Source: Candidatus Caldarchaeales archaeon
GTDB lineage: Archaea; Thermoproteota; Nitrososphaeria_A; Caldarchaeales; Calditenuaceae
Assembly (NCBI GenBank): GCA_039630085.1
Contig: JBCNVM010000002.1
Span: forward strand, 84,721 to 148,720
DNA: 64,000 bases
Direction of reading: 5' to 3'
Part shown: positions 26,488 through 36,762 of the stretch, one piece after another
Numbering within the stretch: position 1 is the stretch's first letter
Layout of the letters: the number at the start of each line of letters is the position of its first letter
The notes under the pieces: model-generated
Database searches by the model: none
Told to the model about the DNA's origin: nothing
The model's input: only the letters and a program-made list of their open reading frames with translations
Made by a program: the position numbers and the translations under genes

Positions 26488-26829
26488 ATGGAGTTCTGCC
26501 CGAACTGCGGCAGCTTCATGACGACCGCGAGGACGAGCGGAGGAGTCGCGCTAGTCTGCAGGCGATGCGGCTACAGGAAGGCGGGCAGGACCGTGGAGAT
26601 CAGGCTGAGGGCCTCCAACAGGCCTACAGGAAGGCAGAGGGTGGGCGTCGTCGTGGAGGAGGCCGATGTGGAGTCCTCGGTCCACCCGAAGACGACCGAC
26701 GTGGTCTGTCCGGAGTGCGGGAACAGGGAGGCCTACTGGTGGACGGTGCAGACGAGGTCCGCCGACGAGCCGATGACCCAGTTCTTCAGGTGCACCAGGT
26801 GCGGCCACACCTGGCGCGAGTACTCCTGA
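26488..26829 (+). CDS. tfs: Transcription factor S (TFIIS-like)
   Basis: Two Zn ribbons; QTRSADEPMTQFFRC with the catalytic DE pair. Confidence 0.95.
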   Translation: MEFCPNCGSFMTTARTSGGVALVCRRCGYRKAGRTVEIRLRASNRPTGRQRVGVVVEEADVESSVHPKTTDVVCPECGNREAYWWTVQTRSADEPMTQFFRCTRCGHTWREYS

Positions 26830-26837
26830 GCACGCGC

Positions 26838-27557
26838 TCACCTCTCGACGAGGACCGCCTTCTTCCTGCACCCCACCGGGAACCTGATGGAGTTCCAGAC
26901 CTCCTCCCTGGCGTGGAGCGAGTAGATCCCTGAGCACCTGATCCCCCTGTCCTGGAGGAAGGAGATGAAGTCCGTGAGCGGACTGGGCGATCCGACCGAG
27001 CTCGCGAAGACCAACACCCCGTCCCTGAAGGCCCTGATGACCGACGGCACCCAGAGGTGCCTCGAGGAGTAGTCGCCCTTCGGCCTGTAGGTGACCGGGA
27101 AGTATTCCTCCGTGTCGCACATCGGCCGCTCGCCGATCATCACGATCCCGCAGCCCGTGACGAGCGAGAACGCGACTGTCAGGGGGACTGCCTGTGGGTC
27201 CAAGTTCGCGGCCCCGACCACCCTGGTCCCCTCGAACGTCCCGAGCGCGTGGTACGCGAGGAGCTTCAGGGCCTGGCCGTCGGCGGCGAGCCTGACCGCC
27301 CATCCATCCCGGTAGTGCTCAACGTACTCCCTCACGAGCTCCTCAGGCCTTATGATCTCGAGGGCGCGCCTCACGATCTCCCTCGCTACGCGCGGCCTCG
27401 GGACGGTCCTCCTGTGGAGGTACCTCACGAGGGTCGACTGCGAGATCCCCAACAGCTTCGAGAGCTTGCTGTAGTTGTACCTGCTCTTGAGGAAAGAGAG
27501 GACGTCGACCGCCGCGGTCACGTTCTGCGTCGTGATCACCGTCCTCCGGGCGGTCAT
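26838..27557 (-). CDS. HTH plus degenerate phosphoribosyltransferase-fold regulator
   Basis: HTH YSKLSKLLGISQSTLVRY; PRT-like C-terminus without a clear DD PRPP loop. Confidence 0.7.
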   Translation of the reverse strand: MTARRTVITTQNVTAAVDVLSFLKSRYNYSKLSKLLGISQSTLVRYLHRRTVPRPRVAREIVRRALEIIRPEELVREYVEHYRDGWAVRLAADGQALKLLAYHALGTFEGTRVVGAANLDPQAVPLTVAFSLVTGCGIVMIGERPMCDTEEYFPVTYRPKGDYSSRHLWVPSVIRAFRDGVLVFASSVGSPSPLTDFISFLQDRGIRCSGIYSLHAREEVWNSIRFPVGCRKKAVLVER

Positions 27558-27612
27558 CCCCCACAGACCTTCCGTCCGAAATTAAGTGATTATCCCCCGG
27601 GTCCGGAGCCAC

Positions 27613-28134
27613 TCATTCGCGGAGCCTCAGGTTCCTCCTGTGGTGCTCGGGGAGGACGCCGAGGAGCCTCTCGTAGGTGCCGGAGAGGAGCTCGGGGAGC
27701 ACCTTGGTGTCGCCTATCACCGGCATGAAGTTCGTGTCGCCCACCCACCTCGGGACCACGTGGACGTGTATGTGGTCCTCTATACCTGCGCCGGCCGCCT
27801 TGCCCAAGTTCATCCCCACGTTGAACCCCGAGGGCCTGTAGGCCTTGTTCAGCAGCTCGACGGAGAGCCTCGTAAGGCTCATCATCTCGGCCAGTTCGTG
27901 GTCCCGGAGCCTCGTGATGTCCCCCTCGTGCCTCACCGTCGCGACCATCAGGTGTCCGGTGTTGTACGGGAACGCGTTCAGGATGACGAAGGCCCTCCTT
28001 CCCCTTACTAGGATTAGGTTAGCCCGGTCGTCGCTGTCGTTGAACTTCTGGCAGAAGATGCACCCCTCCCTCGGGCCCGACTTCACCGCCTTCTCGATGT
28101 AGCCCATCCTCCAAGGCGCCCAGAGCCTCTCCAC
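27613..28134 (-). CDS. HIT family hydrolase
   Basis: LWAPWRMGYI, CIFC, NAFPYNTGHLM, HIHVHVVPRW. Confidence 0.95.
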   Translation of the reverse strand: MERLWAPWRMGYIEKAVKSGPREGCIFCQKFNDSDDRANLILVRGRRAFVILNAFPYNTGHLMVATVRHEGDITRLRDHELAEMMSLTRLSVELLNKAYRPSGFNVGMNLGKAAGAGIEDHIHVHVVPRWVGDTNFMPVIGDTKVLPELLSGTYERLLGVLPEHHRRNLRLRE

Positions 28135-28190
28135 GCACGTTGGTCGCTGACCACGCCCTTAAAGCTTGAGCCCTCAACGGGACAGCGTTA

Positions 28191-28427
28191 TTGACGAGCT
28201 GCGGCCTCTTCGAGGTGGTGTCGGTGTTGTTCTACGTCGTGAGGTGCCCCAAGTGCTCCAAGATCTCCGTGACGAGGGCTAGGACGGCCTACAGGTGTCC
28301 GTTCTGCGGCCTGAAGGTCTCGGTCGACGAGACGACGGTCCTCCACGTCGCGAGGGACGCCAGAAGGGCTAGGGAAGTCGCGTCACAGCTGAAGGTCAGG
28401 GGCTCAGGCTCGGATCAGACCGAGTGA
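28191..28427 (+). CDS. Small Zn-ribbon protein (DUF1922-like)
   Basis: RCPKC...RCPFCG; true start probably about 28224-28227. Confidence 0.7.
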   Translation: MTSCGLFEVVSVLFYVVRCPKCSKISVTRARTAYRCPFCGLKVSVDETTVLHVARDARRAREVASQLKVRGSGSDQTE

Positions 28428-29551
28428 AGCTCCACGACCCGTGACTCCCCTGTGAGGGCCATCCGCCTAGAGGGCGAGGCCCACTCCGCCTCCCTCCCGT
28501 AGACCACGGCCTCTAGGAGGAGCTCGGCGACGCCCGCCGACCTCATCAGGCCGTAGCCGTCGAGCCCGTCGACGACGAAGCAGTTGCTGGTCCCGGGCAC
28601 CCTGCCCACCAGCGGCATTCCGTCGTACGTCGAGCTGCAGGGCCCCGCCCATCCGCCGTCTACGAGAACGCCCTCGGGCCGCCTCAGCCTCTCCGAGAGA
28701 AGGTCCACGATGTGGTACACGTACTCAGGCTCGACCGGACCTATCGCGCCCTCAGCCCTGTCGACCACCCTCGAGTAACCGTTCCCGGCCAGCGAGGTCC
28801 TGCCGAATTCCCGCCGCATGTAGAGGTGGTTTTCGGAGACGTAAAAGGGGACGTAGCTGCGCGGCTCAGGTATCCTCAGCTTCACCACCTGGCACTTGTA
28901 TATCACCGTGGGGACATCGTAGATCCCGAGCTCCGACAACAGAGGCCTGTTCCACGGTCCGGCCGCGAAGACCAAGTTGTCGGCCCTCAGGCTCCCCGTG
29001 CCGTTGAGTTGGACATCCTCTATCGAGTCGCCCGAGGTGCGGACCCCGGTTATCCTGTTCCCCGAGTAGACCTTCACGCCCAGCTGGTCGATGAGCCTCG
29101 AGTAGGCCCTCCCGAGCCCCTCCAAGTCTACGACCCTGTCGACTCCCGTGTAGACACCCATCTCGTGGTCCTTGGTCAGGAGCACCGGGACCAGCTCCTG
29201 CAGCCCCTCGCGGTCCAGCAGCCTGCAGTTCACGCCCTGCGAAGCTAGTGACCTCGCGGTCTCCTCAGCCATCCACCGGGGCTCGACGGTGACGAACCCG
29301 GTCTCCTCCATGAACTTCACCTCCGAAAGCGTCTCGACCTCCTCGAGGACCTCTATCGTCCTCATGGCCAGCCTGATGTCTTGCTCGAGGCTCAACTGGG
29401 CAGTCACAATCCCCGCGCTGAAACCCGTGGCCCCGCTCAGAACGTTGTGCCGCTCGATCAGCGCTACCTTCATTCCCCTCTTCGCTGCGAGGTAGGAGAT
29501 CGCGAGCCCGACTGCTCCACCGCCGATCACCGCTATGTCGTATGAAGTCAC
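28415..29551 (-). CDS. FAD-dependent amine/amino-acid oxidoreductase (DadA/SoxB-like)
   Basis: IGGGAVG, GATGFSAG, FAAGPW, WAG..STYDGMPLVG, GYGLM. Confidence 0.9.
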   Translation of the reverse strand: MTSYDIAVIGGGAVGLAISYLAAKRGMKVALIERHNVLSGATGFSAGIVTAQLSLEQDIRLAMRTIEVLEEVETLSEVKFMEETGFVTVEPRWMAEETARSLASQGVNCRLLDREGLQELVPVLLTKDHEMGVYTGVDRVVDLEGLGRAYSRLIDQLGVKVYSGNRITGVRTSGDSIEDVQLNGTGSLRADNLVFAAGPWNRPLLSELGIYDVPTVIYKCQVVKLRIPEPRSYVPFYVSENHLYMRREFGRTSLAGNGYSRVVDRAEGAIGPVEPEYVYHIVDLLSERLRRPEGVLVDGGWAGPCSSTYDGMPLVGRVPGTSNCFVVDGLDGYGLMRSAGVAELLLEAVVYGREAEWASPSRRMALTGESRVVELHSV

Positions 29552-29685
29552 GGGCTTTCCCCGATCATTTCGTTTCCATCATGTGATATAACTGTAGGTT
29601 CTTTTATTTTCAGTAATACGGCGAAATGATATAATAAAAACCAAGCTCTTAAAACACATTGCGAGAAATTGCACGCAAAAGGAAC

Positions 29686-31050
29686 TTATCTTGATGAACC
29701 GGACGTTATGTAGCTATTAAGTATCCTATGGAACTTTTTTACAACGTCTACGGCATTAACACCGAATATAAGGGTCATGGGCTCTTTTCCGTAATCTCCA
29801 GTGTGATATACTAGGTCAGTCACTCTGCCAGTGGACTTTATGGCTTCACCGACGCCCCACCTGATCGTCATCCCTTCAACCCGCTTGATGTCCGGAGGCT
29901 CCCTGGCGCGGTCGTAGCTCGAGACCGAATATCCAAGGGAGCGGGCTACCTCGATGAACCTCGCGTCGAACCTCACGTTCATCGCGGACCTGATCCCCCT
30001 GTCGAAGGAGTGCGCGGTTAAGACCGCTGAAGCCACGTGCCTCGAGCCTCCGGGCATGGGGCAGGTGCTGGCCCTGAGCCTTTCACCGGACCTCACGATC
30101 CTCCCGGGGTATCCGATCACGTCCTCAACGGACTGACCGTACTCTATCGTCTCGACCAGGTTGATCATCGACTCGGGGCACATGAGACCAGCGCCCTCAA
30201 TTGACTCGAGGAGCTCCGTCGCGGCCTGGACGCTCTCGCAGGCGTCGAGCAGCCGGGCCTTCCTGAGCGCGGCCCAGACCGGGTTCACGGGACCGGAACC
30301 GCGACCTAGGTCAAGACCGTACCGTATCGCGTCCTCGACGAACTTCTTCGCCATCCTCACCGACCCGACGACGCTCCTGCCGTGCGCCAAATGGGCAGCG
30401 ATCGCGGAGGCAAAGACGCACCCTGTGCCATGGGTGTTCCTCGACTCGATGCGGTCGCCCTCGAGCGTGACGAGCTCGCCTTCGTGGTAGACCACGTCGA
30501 CGACCTTACGGCCTGGGATGTGCCCTCCCTTCACCACGACCGCCTTGCAGCCGAGCTGCGCGATCTCCTTCGCGGCCCTCGCCTGGTCCTCGACCGACCT
30601 GACTTCGAAGCCGCAGAGCCTCTCGGCCTCTCTGGCGTTGGGCGTGACGACCGTGGCGATCGGTAGAAGCTCGGACCTCAACGATTCGACGGCATCAGGC
30701 CTCAGCAGGGGAGCTCCGCTCTTGGCTACCATCACGGGGTCGACGACGATCGGGACTCCGACTCCCCTGAGCTCCGCGGCCACGGCCCTGATTATCTCGG
30801 TGGTGTGGAGCATTCCGGTCTTCACGGAGTCTACCCCGATGTCCTCGACGCAGACCCTGATCTGCTCCACGACCATCTCGGGGTCCAGGTCCACGATCCT
30901 GGTCACCTGGTGCGTGTTCTGGGCCGTGATCGAGGTGATCGCGGACATGCCGTGGACGCCGAGCGCGGCGAACGTCTTCAGGTCAGCCTGTATCCCCGCA
31001 CCTCCTCCCGAGTCCGAGCCTGCGACCGTGAGGGCCCTTGGCAGACGCAC
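29686..31050 (-). CDS. thiDN: Bifunctional HMP/HMP-P kinase and thiamine-phosphate synthase ThiN
   Basis: AGSDSGGGAGIQADLKT, KTGML, DPVM, HGTGC; C-terminal ThiN domain (GRIV, GGSRHVA, GKEPM). Confidence 0.92.
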   Translation of the reverse strand: MRLPRALTVAGSDSGGGAGIQADLKTFAALGVHGMSAITSITAQNTHQVTRIVDLDPEMVVEQIRVCVEDIGVDSVKTGMLHTTEIIRAVAAELRGVGVPIVVDPVMVAKSGAPLLRPDAVESLRSELLPIATVVTPNAREAERLCGFEVRSVEDQARAAKEIAQLGCKAVVVKGGHIPGRKVVDVVYHEGELVTLEGDRIESRNTHGTGCVFASAIAAHLAHGRSVVGSVRMAKKFVEDAIRYGLDLGRGSGPVNPVWAALRKARLLDACESVQAATELLESIEGAGLMCPESMINLVETIEYGQSVEDVIGYPGRIVRSGERLRASTCPMPGGSRHVASAVLTAHSFDRGIRSAMNVRFDARFIEVARSLGYSVSSYDRAREPPDIKRVEGMTIRWGVGEAIKSTGRVTDLVYHTGDYGKEPMTLIFGVNAVDVVKKFHRILNSYITSGSSR

Positions 31051-31146
31051 GGGGATCGACCTCGTCAGCGTCCGGGGTTTGCTCGCCCATAAGGGTGACC
31101 GCACGAGCTCGACCCGAGTGGGGCGCGTTAGACCCGACCGGCCCGC

Positions 31147-32097
31147 TCACACCTCCCTGACCATCCTGTTCCTCAACAGGCCGATCCTCTCGATCTCGGC
31201 CTCGACGACGTCGCCGTGCTTGAGGAACTCCCTCCCGGCCGCGGCAACGCCTGCCGGAGTCCCCGTCGCCAGAATGTCGCCGGGCATGAGGGTCAGACCG
31301 TCGGATAGGTACTCGATCAGCTCGCCGACCCTGAAGACCATGTCCTCGGTCGTGCTGTCCTGCCTCAGCTCTCCGTTGACCCTGAGGGTCAGCCTCAGAG
31401 GGTAGGGGCTGCCGACCTCGTCCCTGGTGACCAGGTAGGGCCCGCAAGGGGCAGCGGTGTCGAGGCTCTTCCCGTGAACCCAGTTGTACCCGAGCCGGCT
31501 CGCCCTCTGCGGCCAGCCCGGCGGGAACTGCTTGTCCCTGAAGCTGACGTCGTTGAAGACCGTGTACCCGGCGATGACCTCCTCCGCCTCCCTCCTCGAG
31601 ACGTACTTCGCCTTCCTTCCTATCACGACCGCAAGCTCCACCTCGTAGTCGACCTTTGCCGAAGTCCGCGGTATCAGCACGTCCGACCCGTGGCCGACGA
31701 GCGCGTTGGCGAACTTCCCGAAGAAGTAGGGCCTCTCGGGTATCTCGACCGACATCTCCTCGGCGTGGGAGCGGTAGTTGACCGCGACGCAGACGATCTT
31801 CTGCGGGTCCGGGACCGGAGGTAGGAACTCGACCTCGTCCGGCTCCCTGAGGACCGCGGCCTTAGTCTTGGGTTCCTCTTCGAGGATCCTCTCGGCCCTC
31901 TCCGCGAGCCTCCTGACGAATCCCATCGCCTCCTCTCCCGCCGAGAGCAACGCCATCATCGACCTGAGCCATCGGGGGACGGACTCCTCGCCGTAGATGA
32001 TCTTGTACGCGGATCCGACGTCCAATATCCCCCTTCTTGAAAGGAGCCCGAGCCTCACGTCCTCGTCGCCCTTTGCCCTGAACGAGAGGAGCCTCAT
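31147..32097 (-). CDS. Fumarylacetoacetate hydrolase family protein
   Basis: VNYRSH, DYEVELAVVIG, NDVSFRD, GKSLDT, ATGTPAGV. Confidence 0.93.
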   Translation of the reverse strand: MRLLSFRAKGDEDVRLGLLSRRGILDVGSAYKIIYGEESVPRWLRSMMALLSAGEEAMGFVRRLAERAERILEEEPKTKAAVLREPDEVEFLPPVPDPQKIVCVAVNYRSHAEEMSVEIPERPYFFGKFANALVGHGSDVLIPRTSAKVDYEVELAVVIGRKAKYVSRREAEEVIAGYTVFNDVSFRDKQFPPGWPQRASRLGYNWVHGKSLDTAAPCGPYLVTRDEVGSPYPLRLTLRVNGELRQDSTTEDMVFRVGELIEYLSDGLTLMPGDILATGTPAGVAAAGREFLKHGDVVEAEIERIGLLRNRMVREV

Positions 32098-32231
32098 GGT
32101 CAGGATCTCGGGACGCGAGCGGTCAATACGCGGGTAAAAGGTTTGTGCGAGACTGCGGGGCGGTTCGTTGAGAGCGGGTTGAAGGGCTCGCTTCCTCGGC
32201 GCGCTCTCGATGCCCTAATCTCGAGCCACGA

Positions 32232-33368
32232 GTGCGAACGGGCGTGGGTCGCGTCGCGGTCGTCGGCGCAGGTCCCGCGGGCCTAATCGCCGCGAGGGAG
32301 CTGGCAGGGTTGGGGCACGAGGTGACGGTCTTCGAGGAGGACGAGGTCGTGGGGAGGCCGGAACATTGCGCGGGCCTCTACAGCGTCAGCGGGCTCAGGA
32401 GGATAGGCGCGTGGAGTCCGAGGTACGTCCTGAACTACGTGAGGGGCGCGGTCTTCAGGTCTTCGAGGGGGAGGGAGCTGGTCGTGAGGAGGCCGACGCC
32501 GGTCGCCGTGGTGGCGAACAGGGAGGAGCTCGACCGCCTCCTGGCGGAGCTCGCGGTTTCAAAGGGCGCCGAGATCGGGCTGGGCGCGAGGGTGACCGGC
32601 CTGAGCCTGAGGGAAGGCCCCGAGTTGCACGTCGGCGGCGACCGGAGGAAGTTCGACGCGGCGGTTATCGCGGAGGGGATGAAGAGGTCGTTGGCGAGGG
32701 CGCTCTTCGGCCCTTTGACGAGGGCTCAGCCGGTCCCGATAGTCCAGTCGCTGATCAGGGGTCACGGACTCGACCCCGACGCGGTCCACGTCTGGTTCGA
32801 GCGGTACCTGAAGGACTACTTCGCCTACGCCGTTCCCCTCGACGAGGAGCTGGCCAGGATAGGGCTCGCTTCCAAGAGCGGGACGCCGGAGCTGCTGAAG
32901 AGGTTCGCGAGGGAGAGGTTCCCGGGGGCGAAGGTCCTGGGCTATCAGGTCCACTCGCTCTGGCTGGGGGGGCCCTTGAACGTCGGGCTCGGGGGCCGGG
33001 CGGTGCTGGTCGGAGACTGCGCCGGTCAGACCAAACCGCTCACGGGCGGAGGCGTGGTGGTGGGTGGTCTCTGCGCGATCGCGGCCGCTAACCACGTCAA
33101 CGCGCTCCTAGTGGAGGGGAGGGACGGGACATACAGGAGGGCCGTGAGGTGGATCTACTGGGACCTGAGGGCGTCGAAGCTCCTCAAGGACCTGCTGACG
33201 CGGAGGATGGGGGTCGATGACCTGATAGAGGCCGCGGCGGACTCGGGCATCGAGAAGAGGATCTCGGAAGTGGGGGACATGGACTTCCACGCGCTCACCG
33301 CGCTCAGGGCCCTGCCCTCGCCGAGCGGTATGAGGTTCCTAATGGGCCTCCTGAGGTCCTTGTTCTAG
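32232..33368 (+). CDS. Geranylgeranyl reductase family flavoprotein
   Basis: VGAGPAG, PEHCAG, LVGDCAGQTKPLTGGG. Confidence 0.88.
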   Translation: MRTGVGRVAVVGAGPAGLIAARELAGLGHEVTVFEEDEVVGRPEHCAGLYSVSGLRRIGAWSPRYVLNYVRGAVFRSSRGRELVVRRPTPVAVVANREELDRLLAELAVSKGAEIGLGARVTGLSLREGPELHVGGDRRKFDAAVIAEGMKRSLARALFGPLTRAQPVPIVQSLIRGHGLDPDAVHVWFERYLKDYFAYAVPLDEELARIGLASKSGTPELLKRFARERFPGAKVLGYQVHSLWLGGPLNVGLGGRAVLVGDCAGQTKPLTGGGVVVGGLCAIAAANHVNALLVEGRDGTYRRAVRWIYWDLRASKLLKDLLTRRMGVDDLIEAAADSGIEKRISEVGDMDFHALTALRALPSPSGMRFLMGLLRSLF

Positions 33369-34528
33369 TGGCGCTCCTCGATCGGGACGTACCTCTGCCC
33401 CACGGGAGGACCGACGTAATGATGCACCGGTCTGATCAGCCTATTGTCCTTCCAGTACTCGAGGACGTGGGCGACCCAGCCGACCACCCTGCTGACCGCG
33501 AAGACCGCGGTGAAGTAGTCTGGAGGTATTCCGACCGCGGTGTAGACCATCGGTGTCCAGAAGTCCAGGTTCGGGAAGAGCCCCTTTGGAGCCAGCCTCG
33601 CCATCGCGGCCTCCTCGAGCCTCGTGGCGATCTCGTAGAGGGTCTTGACCCTGCCTCCGACGATCTGCGCGGCCTTGGCGGCCATCGCCTTGACGACCTT
33701 CGCCCTTGGGTCGTAGATCTTGTAAATCCTGTGGCCGAAGCCCATCACCCTCCTCTTCTCTGAGAGGGCCTTCTCCAGCCAGGCCTCGACCCTGTCGGGG
33801 TCGCCGATCTCCACGAACTGCCGGTACGCAGCCTCCGAGGCGCCCCCGTGAAGCGGTCCCTTGAGGGCCATGATGCCTGAGACGATCGAGGAGTAGATGT
33901 CGCTGAGGGTTGAAGCGGTGACGACCGCGCCGAAGGTCGAGGCGGGCACGCCGTGCTCCGCGTGGAGGATGAGGATGTCGTCGAGGAACTCGAGCTGATA
34001 GGGCTCAGGCCTTTTTGACGTGACCAAGTAGATTAAGTTGCCGGCTATGCCCAACGACGGGTCCGGAGGGACGGGCTCCTCGCCCTGATGGACCCGAATG
34101 ACGTTCCCGAGGACTGACCCGGCCTTCGCTAGCGCCCTGATCGCGTGGCGCATGTGGTCCCCGTCGCCCGCCGCGCCCTTCCCGGCCAAGATGTAATACG
34201 CAGCCAGCGCGTCCATCCCTCCTGACCTCTTCGCCGAGAACTTCACGGTCTCGAGCTCGTCGCCGTCGAGGACCATCTCCTCCCTCAGCCTCGCGACGAA
34301 CTCCCCGAACTCGGCCCGATTGGGGAGCCTGCCGTTGAGCAGCAGGTACGCCACCTCCTCGTAGCTGCTCTTCACCACGAGCTCCTCGACGTCGTAGCCG
34401 ACGTAGTACAGCTTGCCGTTCTCCGTGTCTATCAGGCAGAGGGAGCTTTCGAGCACGTGAACGCCCTCGAGACCCTTATAGACTCTGGGAGGCGTCTCCA
34501 TGATCGACTCTTGAATGATGTTAGCCAT
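33365..34528 (-). CDS. Citrate / 2-methylcitrate synthase
   Basis: KGLEGV, LHAEH, GPLHGGA, GFGHRIYK.YDPR, PNLDF. Confidence 0.93.
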   Translation of the reverse strand: MANIIQESIMETPPRVYKGLEGVHVLESSLCLIDTENGKLYYVGYDVEELVVKSSYEEVAYLLLNGRLPNRAEFGEFVARLREEMVLDGDELETVKFSAKRSGGMDALAAYYILAGKGAAGDGDHMRHAIRALAKAGSVLGNVIRVHQGEEPVPPDPSLGIAGNLIYLVTSKRPEPYQLEFLDDILILHAEHGVPASTFGAVVTASTLSDIYSSIVSGIMALKGPLHGGASEAAYRQFVEIGDPDRVEAWLEKALSEKRRVMGFGHRIYKIYDPRAKVVKAMAAKAAQIVGGRVKTLYEIATRLEEAAMARLAPKGLFPNLDFWTPMVYTAVGIPPDYFTAVFAVSRVVGWVAHVLEYWKDNRLIRPVHHYVGPPVGQRYVPIEERH

Positions 34529-34553
34529 TAATAGTCTTTACACCCAAAGGAGA

Positions 34554-35930
34554 TCAGGTTCGCCTCACGTAGAACTCGGTCAGCTCCGAGACCGAACGGA
34601 GGTTCTCGACGTCCGTGGCGAGCCGGAGCAGCTGCCCGGAGCGCGAGGGGCCGAGCACGGGCTCCACGAGCCTCCTGAACTTCTCAGCGAGCTGGCCGTC
34701 GGACATGGGGTTCCTGAAGTGGCCGGTCGGGTAGATGACCTCCTTGGATAGCGTCCGGCCGTCGGAGGTCCTCACGGTCACCCTGTTCGGGACGGCGCCC
34801 GGGTAGATCTCGTCGTACTTGGGGTCGACCTCGACCCGCGTCTTGGAGATGACCTCGAGCAGCAGGGGGTCGCTGAGCTTCTCGTCGGTGTAGGAGTCGA
34901 TCCAGATGTCGCCATCGATCAGGGTCCTCGCGGTGATGTAAGGGAGGCTGTGGTCTGCCGTCTCCCTGGTCCTCGGCCTCCACTTCTCCGGGTCCTTGAC
35001 GATGATCTTGTGCGAGACCGTGAACGTGTGGATCTCCACGCCCGCGATCCTCCTCGGGTCCTGGACCTCCCTCTTCAGCTCGATCGCCGCCTCCACCGCC
35101 GACATCGAGTGGTACTCGACAGGCCACCTCTTGATGCTGGTCATCAGGGTCCTGAAGGGCTGGCCCTCCCTGCCTCCCAGGGACGGGAGCGCCGGGAAGG
35201 CCCCCGCTATCACCCTCCAGTAACCCATCTCGCCCTCGAAGATCGGAGCAGGGCCGGTTAACCCCTCCGCGGCCAGCATCGCCGCGAAGACGCCGTGCCG
35301 GGCCGCGTACGCCGCCGCGCAGCCCTTCCACATGCTCAACTCCCCCGCCCTAGTCTGCCTCAGGGCAGCCGCGTTGACGCCCGCGATGTTGATCGCCTGG
35401 ACGGTTCTCCTGTGGTCCAGCCCGAGTATCTTCGCGGCCCCGGCGGCCGCGCCGAACGCGATGTTCGAGACGTGGTCGAAGCCCCTGTCCCTGAGGGTAG
35501 CCGTGTCGGCCAGTGCGAGGGCCACATCGTAACCAGCGACGATCGAGGTGACCAGTTCGCGGCCCGACGCGCCCACGTACTCTGCCAGGCCGATCAGCCC
35601 CGGTATCATGTCGCTCGGGTGGAGCGCCTCCTTCGAGAGGTAGGTGTCGTTGAAGTCGAGGTACCTCACGGCGACGCCGTTGGAGAACGCGGCCATGTCC
35701 GGAGACACCTTCGTGCCTGAAGAGAGGAGCGTCGCCCCGCGCTCCGTCCTGTGCTTCTCCGCGACCCTCCTGGCGATCGCAACCGGTTCGGCGTCGATGG
35801 CGCCGTACATCACCGCCAGCGAGTCGACCAGCCTCCTGCTCACCTCCCTCCTCACCTCTGGCGTGAGGTCCCTGAACTCGAGTGAGGTCACGTACTCCGC
35901 TATCCTATCGGCAACGGACCTCTCCGACAT
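34554..35930 (-). CDS. prpD: MmgE/PrpD 2-methylcitrate dehydratase
   Basis: RYLDFNDT, HPSD, GELSMWKG, PVEYHS, RETADHSLPY, GHFRNP. Confidence 0.92.
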   Translation of the reverse strand: MSERSVADRIAEYVTSLEFRDLTPEVRREVSRRLVDSLAVMYGAIDAEPVAIARRVAEKHRTERGATLLSSGTKVSPDMAAFSNGVAVRYLDFNDTYLSKEALHPSDMIPGLIGLAEYVGASGRELVTSIVAGYDVALALADTATLRDRGFDHVSNIAFGAAAGAAKILGLDHRRTVQAINIAGVNAAALRQTRAGELSMWKGCAAAYAARHGVFAAMLAAEGLTGPAPIFEGEMGYWRVIAGAFPALPSLGGREGQPFRTLMTSIKRWPVEYHSMSAVEAAIELKREVQDPRRIAGVEIHTFTVSHKIIVKDPEKWRPRTRETADHSLPYITARTLIDGDIWIDSYTDEKLSDPLLLEVISKTRVEVDPKYDEIYPGAVPNRVTVRTSDGRTLSKEVIYPTGHFRNPMSDGQLAEKFRRLVEPVLGPSRSGQLLRLATDVENLRSVSELTEFYVRRT

Positions 35931-35969
35931 CGGACCGTTCGCGGGTCAGGCTGAATAAATAAGCTCCGG

Positions 35970-36731
35970 TTAGCCCTCCTCCCTTCCCGGAGACGTGGAG
36001 TGGAACGTCCCGGTCGTCGTGTCGACGGAGACGATGGCCCTGAGGACGGCCCGGCCCACCCTGTCCACGTACGCCCTCAGTTGCTCGGCGTGGTGCATGG
36101 GGACGTGCTCGACGAGGTTGTCGCTGACGATCAGCGCCGCGCCTGACTTGACGCCCCTCATCATGCATATCCCGAAGATCGTGGCGCACTCCATCTCGAC
36201 CGAGACGTAGCCCCTCGAGACCCACTTCCTCACGAAGTCGGGGTCCTCGGCGTAGAAGGCGTCGCTTGAGAAGACCGGACCGATGTACGGCCTGATGCCC
36301 TTGGCCTCGAGCTCCTCGACGATCCGCTTCTGGACGTCGAAGCTCGGGACGGGCGTGATGTGTGCGTCGGTGACGTACTGGAGGAGGGGGCCGCTGACGT
36401 ACGCTGCGCCCGTCGGAACGACCACGTCGCCTATCCTCATCCCTTTCAGGAAGGCACCGGTGGTCCCCAGCCTGACGATGACTCTCGACCCGAGCATGAT
36501 CAGCTCCTCGACCACGCCCGCGGTCGATGCGCCGCCGACGCCGTGGCAGGCTACCGTGACCGGGACGCCCTCGAACTTCCCGGTGTACGTGACGAAGCCC
36601 CTGCTCTCGTTGACGAGCCTCGCGTCCGAGAGGTGTTCAGCCAGCTGCCTCACCCTAGCGGGGTCGCCGACGACGACTGCCCTCTCGGCAATGGCCTCCC
36701 TCGGCGCCCTGATGAAGACCGGTTCCGGCAC
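35970..36731 (-). CDS. Purine nucleoside phosphorylase (PNP/UDP family)
   Basis: VGDPARV, HGVGG, RLGTTG, SSDAFY, VEMEC. Confidence 0.92.
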   Translation of the reverse strand: MPEPVFIRAPREAIAERAVVVGDPARVRQLAEHLSDARLVNESRGFVTYTGKFEGVPVTVACHGVGGASTAGVVEELIMLGSRVIVRLGTTGAFLKGMRIGDVVVPTGAAYVSGPLLQYVTDAHITPVPSFDVQKRIVEELEAKGIRPYIGPVFSSDAFYAEDPDFVRKWVSRGYVSVEMECATIFGICMMRGVKSGAALIVSDNLVEHVPMHHAEQLRAYVDRVGRAVLRAIVSVDTTTGTFHSTSPGREEG

Positions 36732-36762
36732 GACCTACCCAGCGAGAAGAGCGATATCAGCG

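Noticed and set aside
31051-31146. TPP riboswitch upstream of thiDN
   Set aside because: No UGAGA / CCUGAU / GUAGGGA consensus arrangement found.
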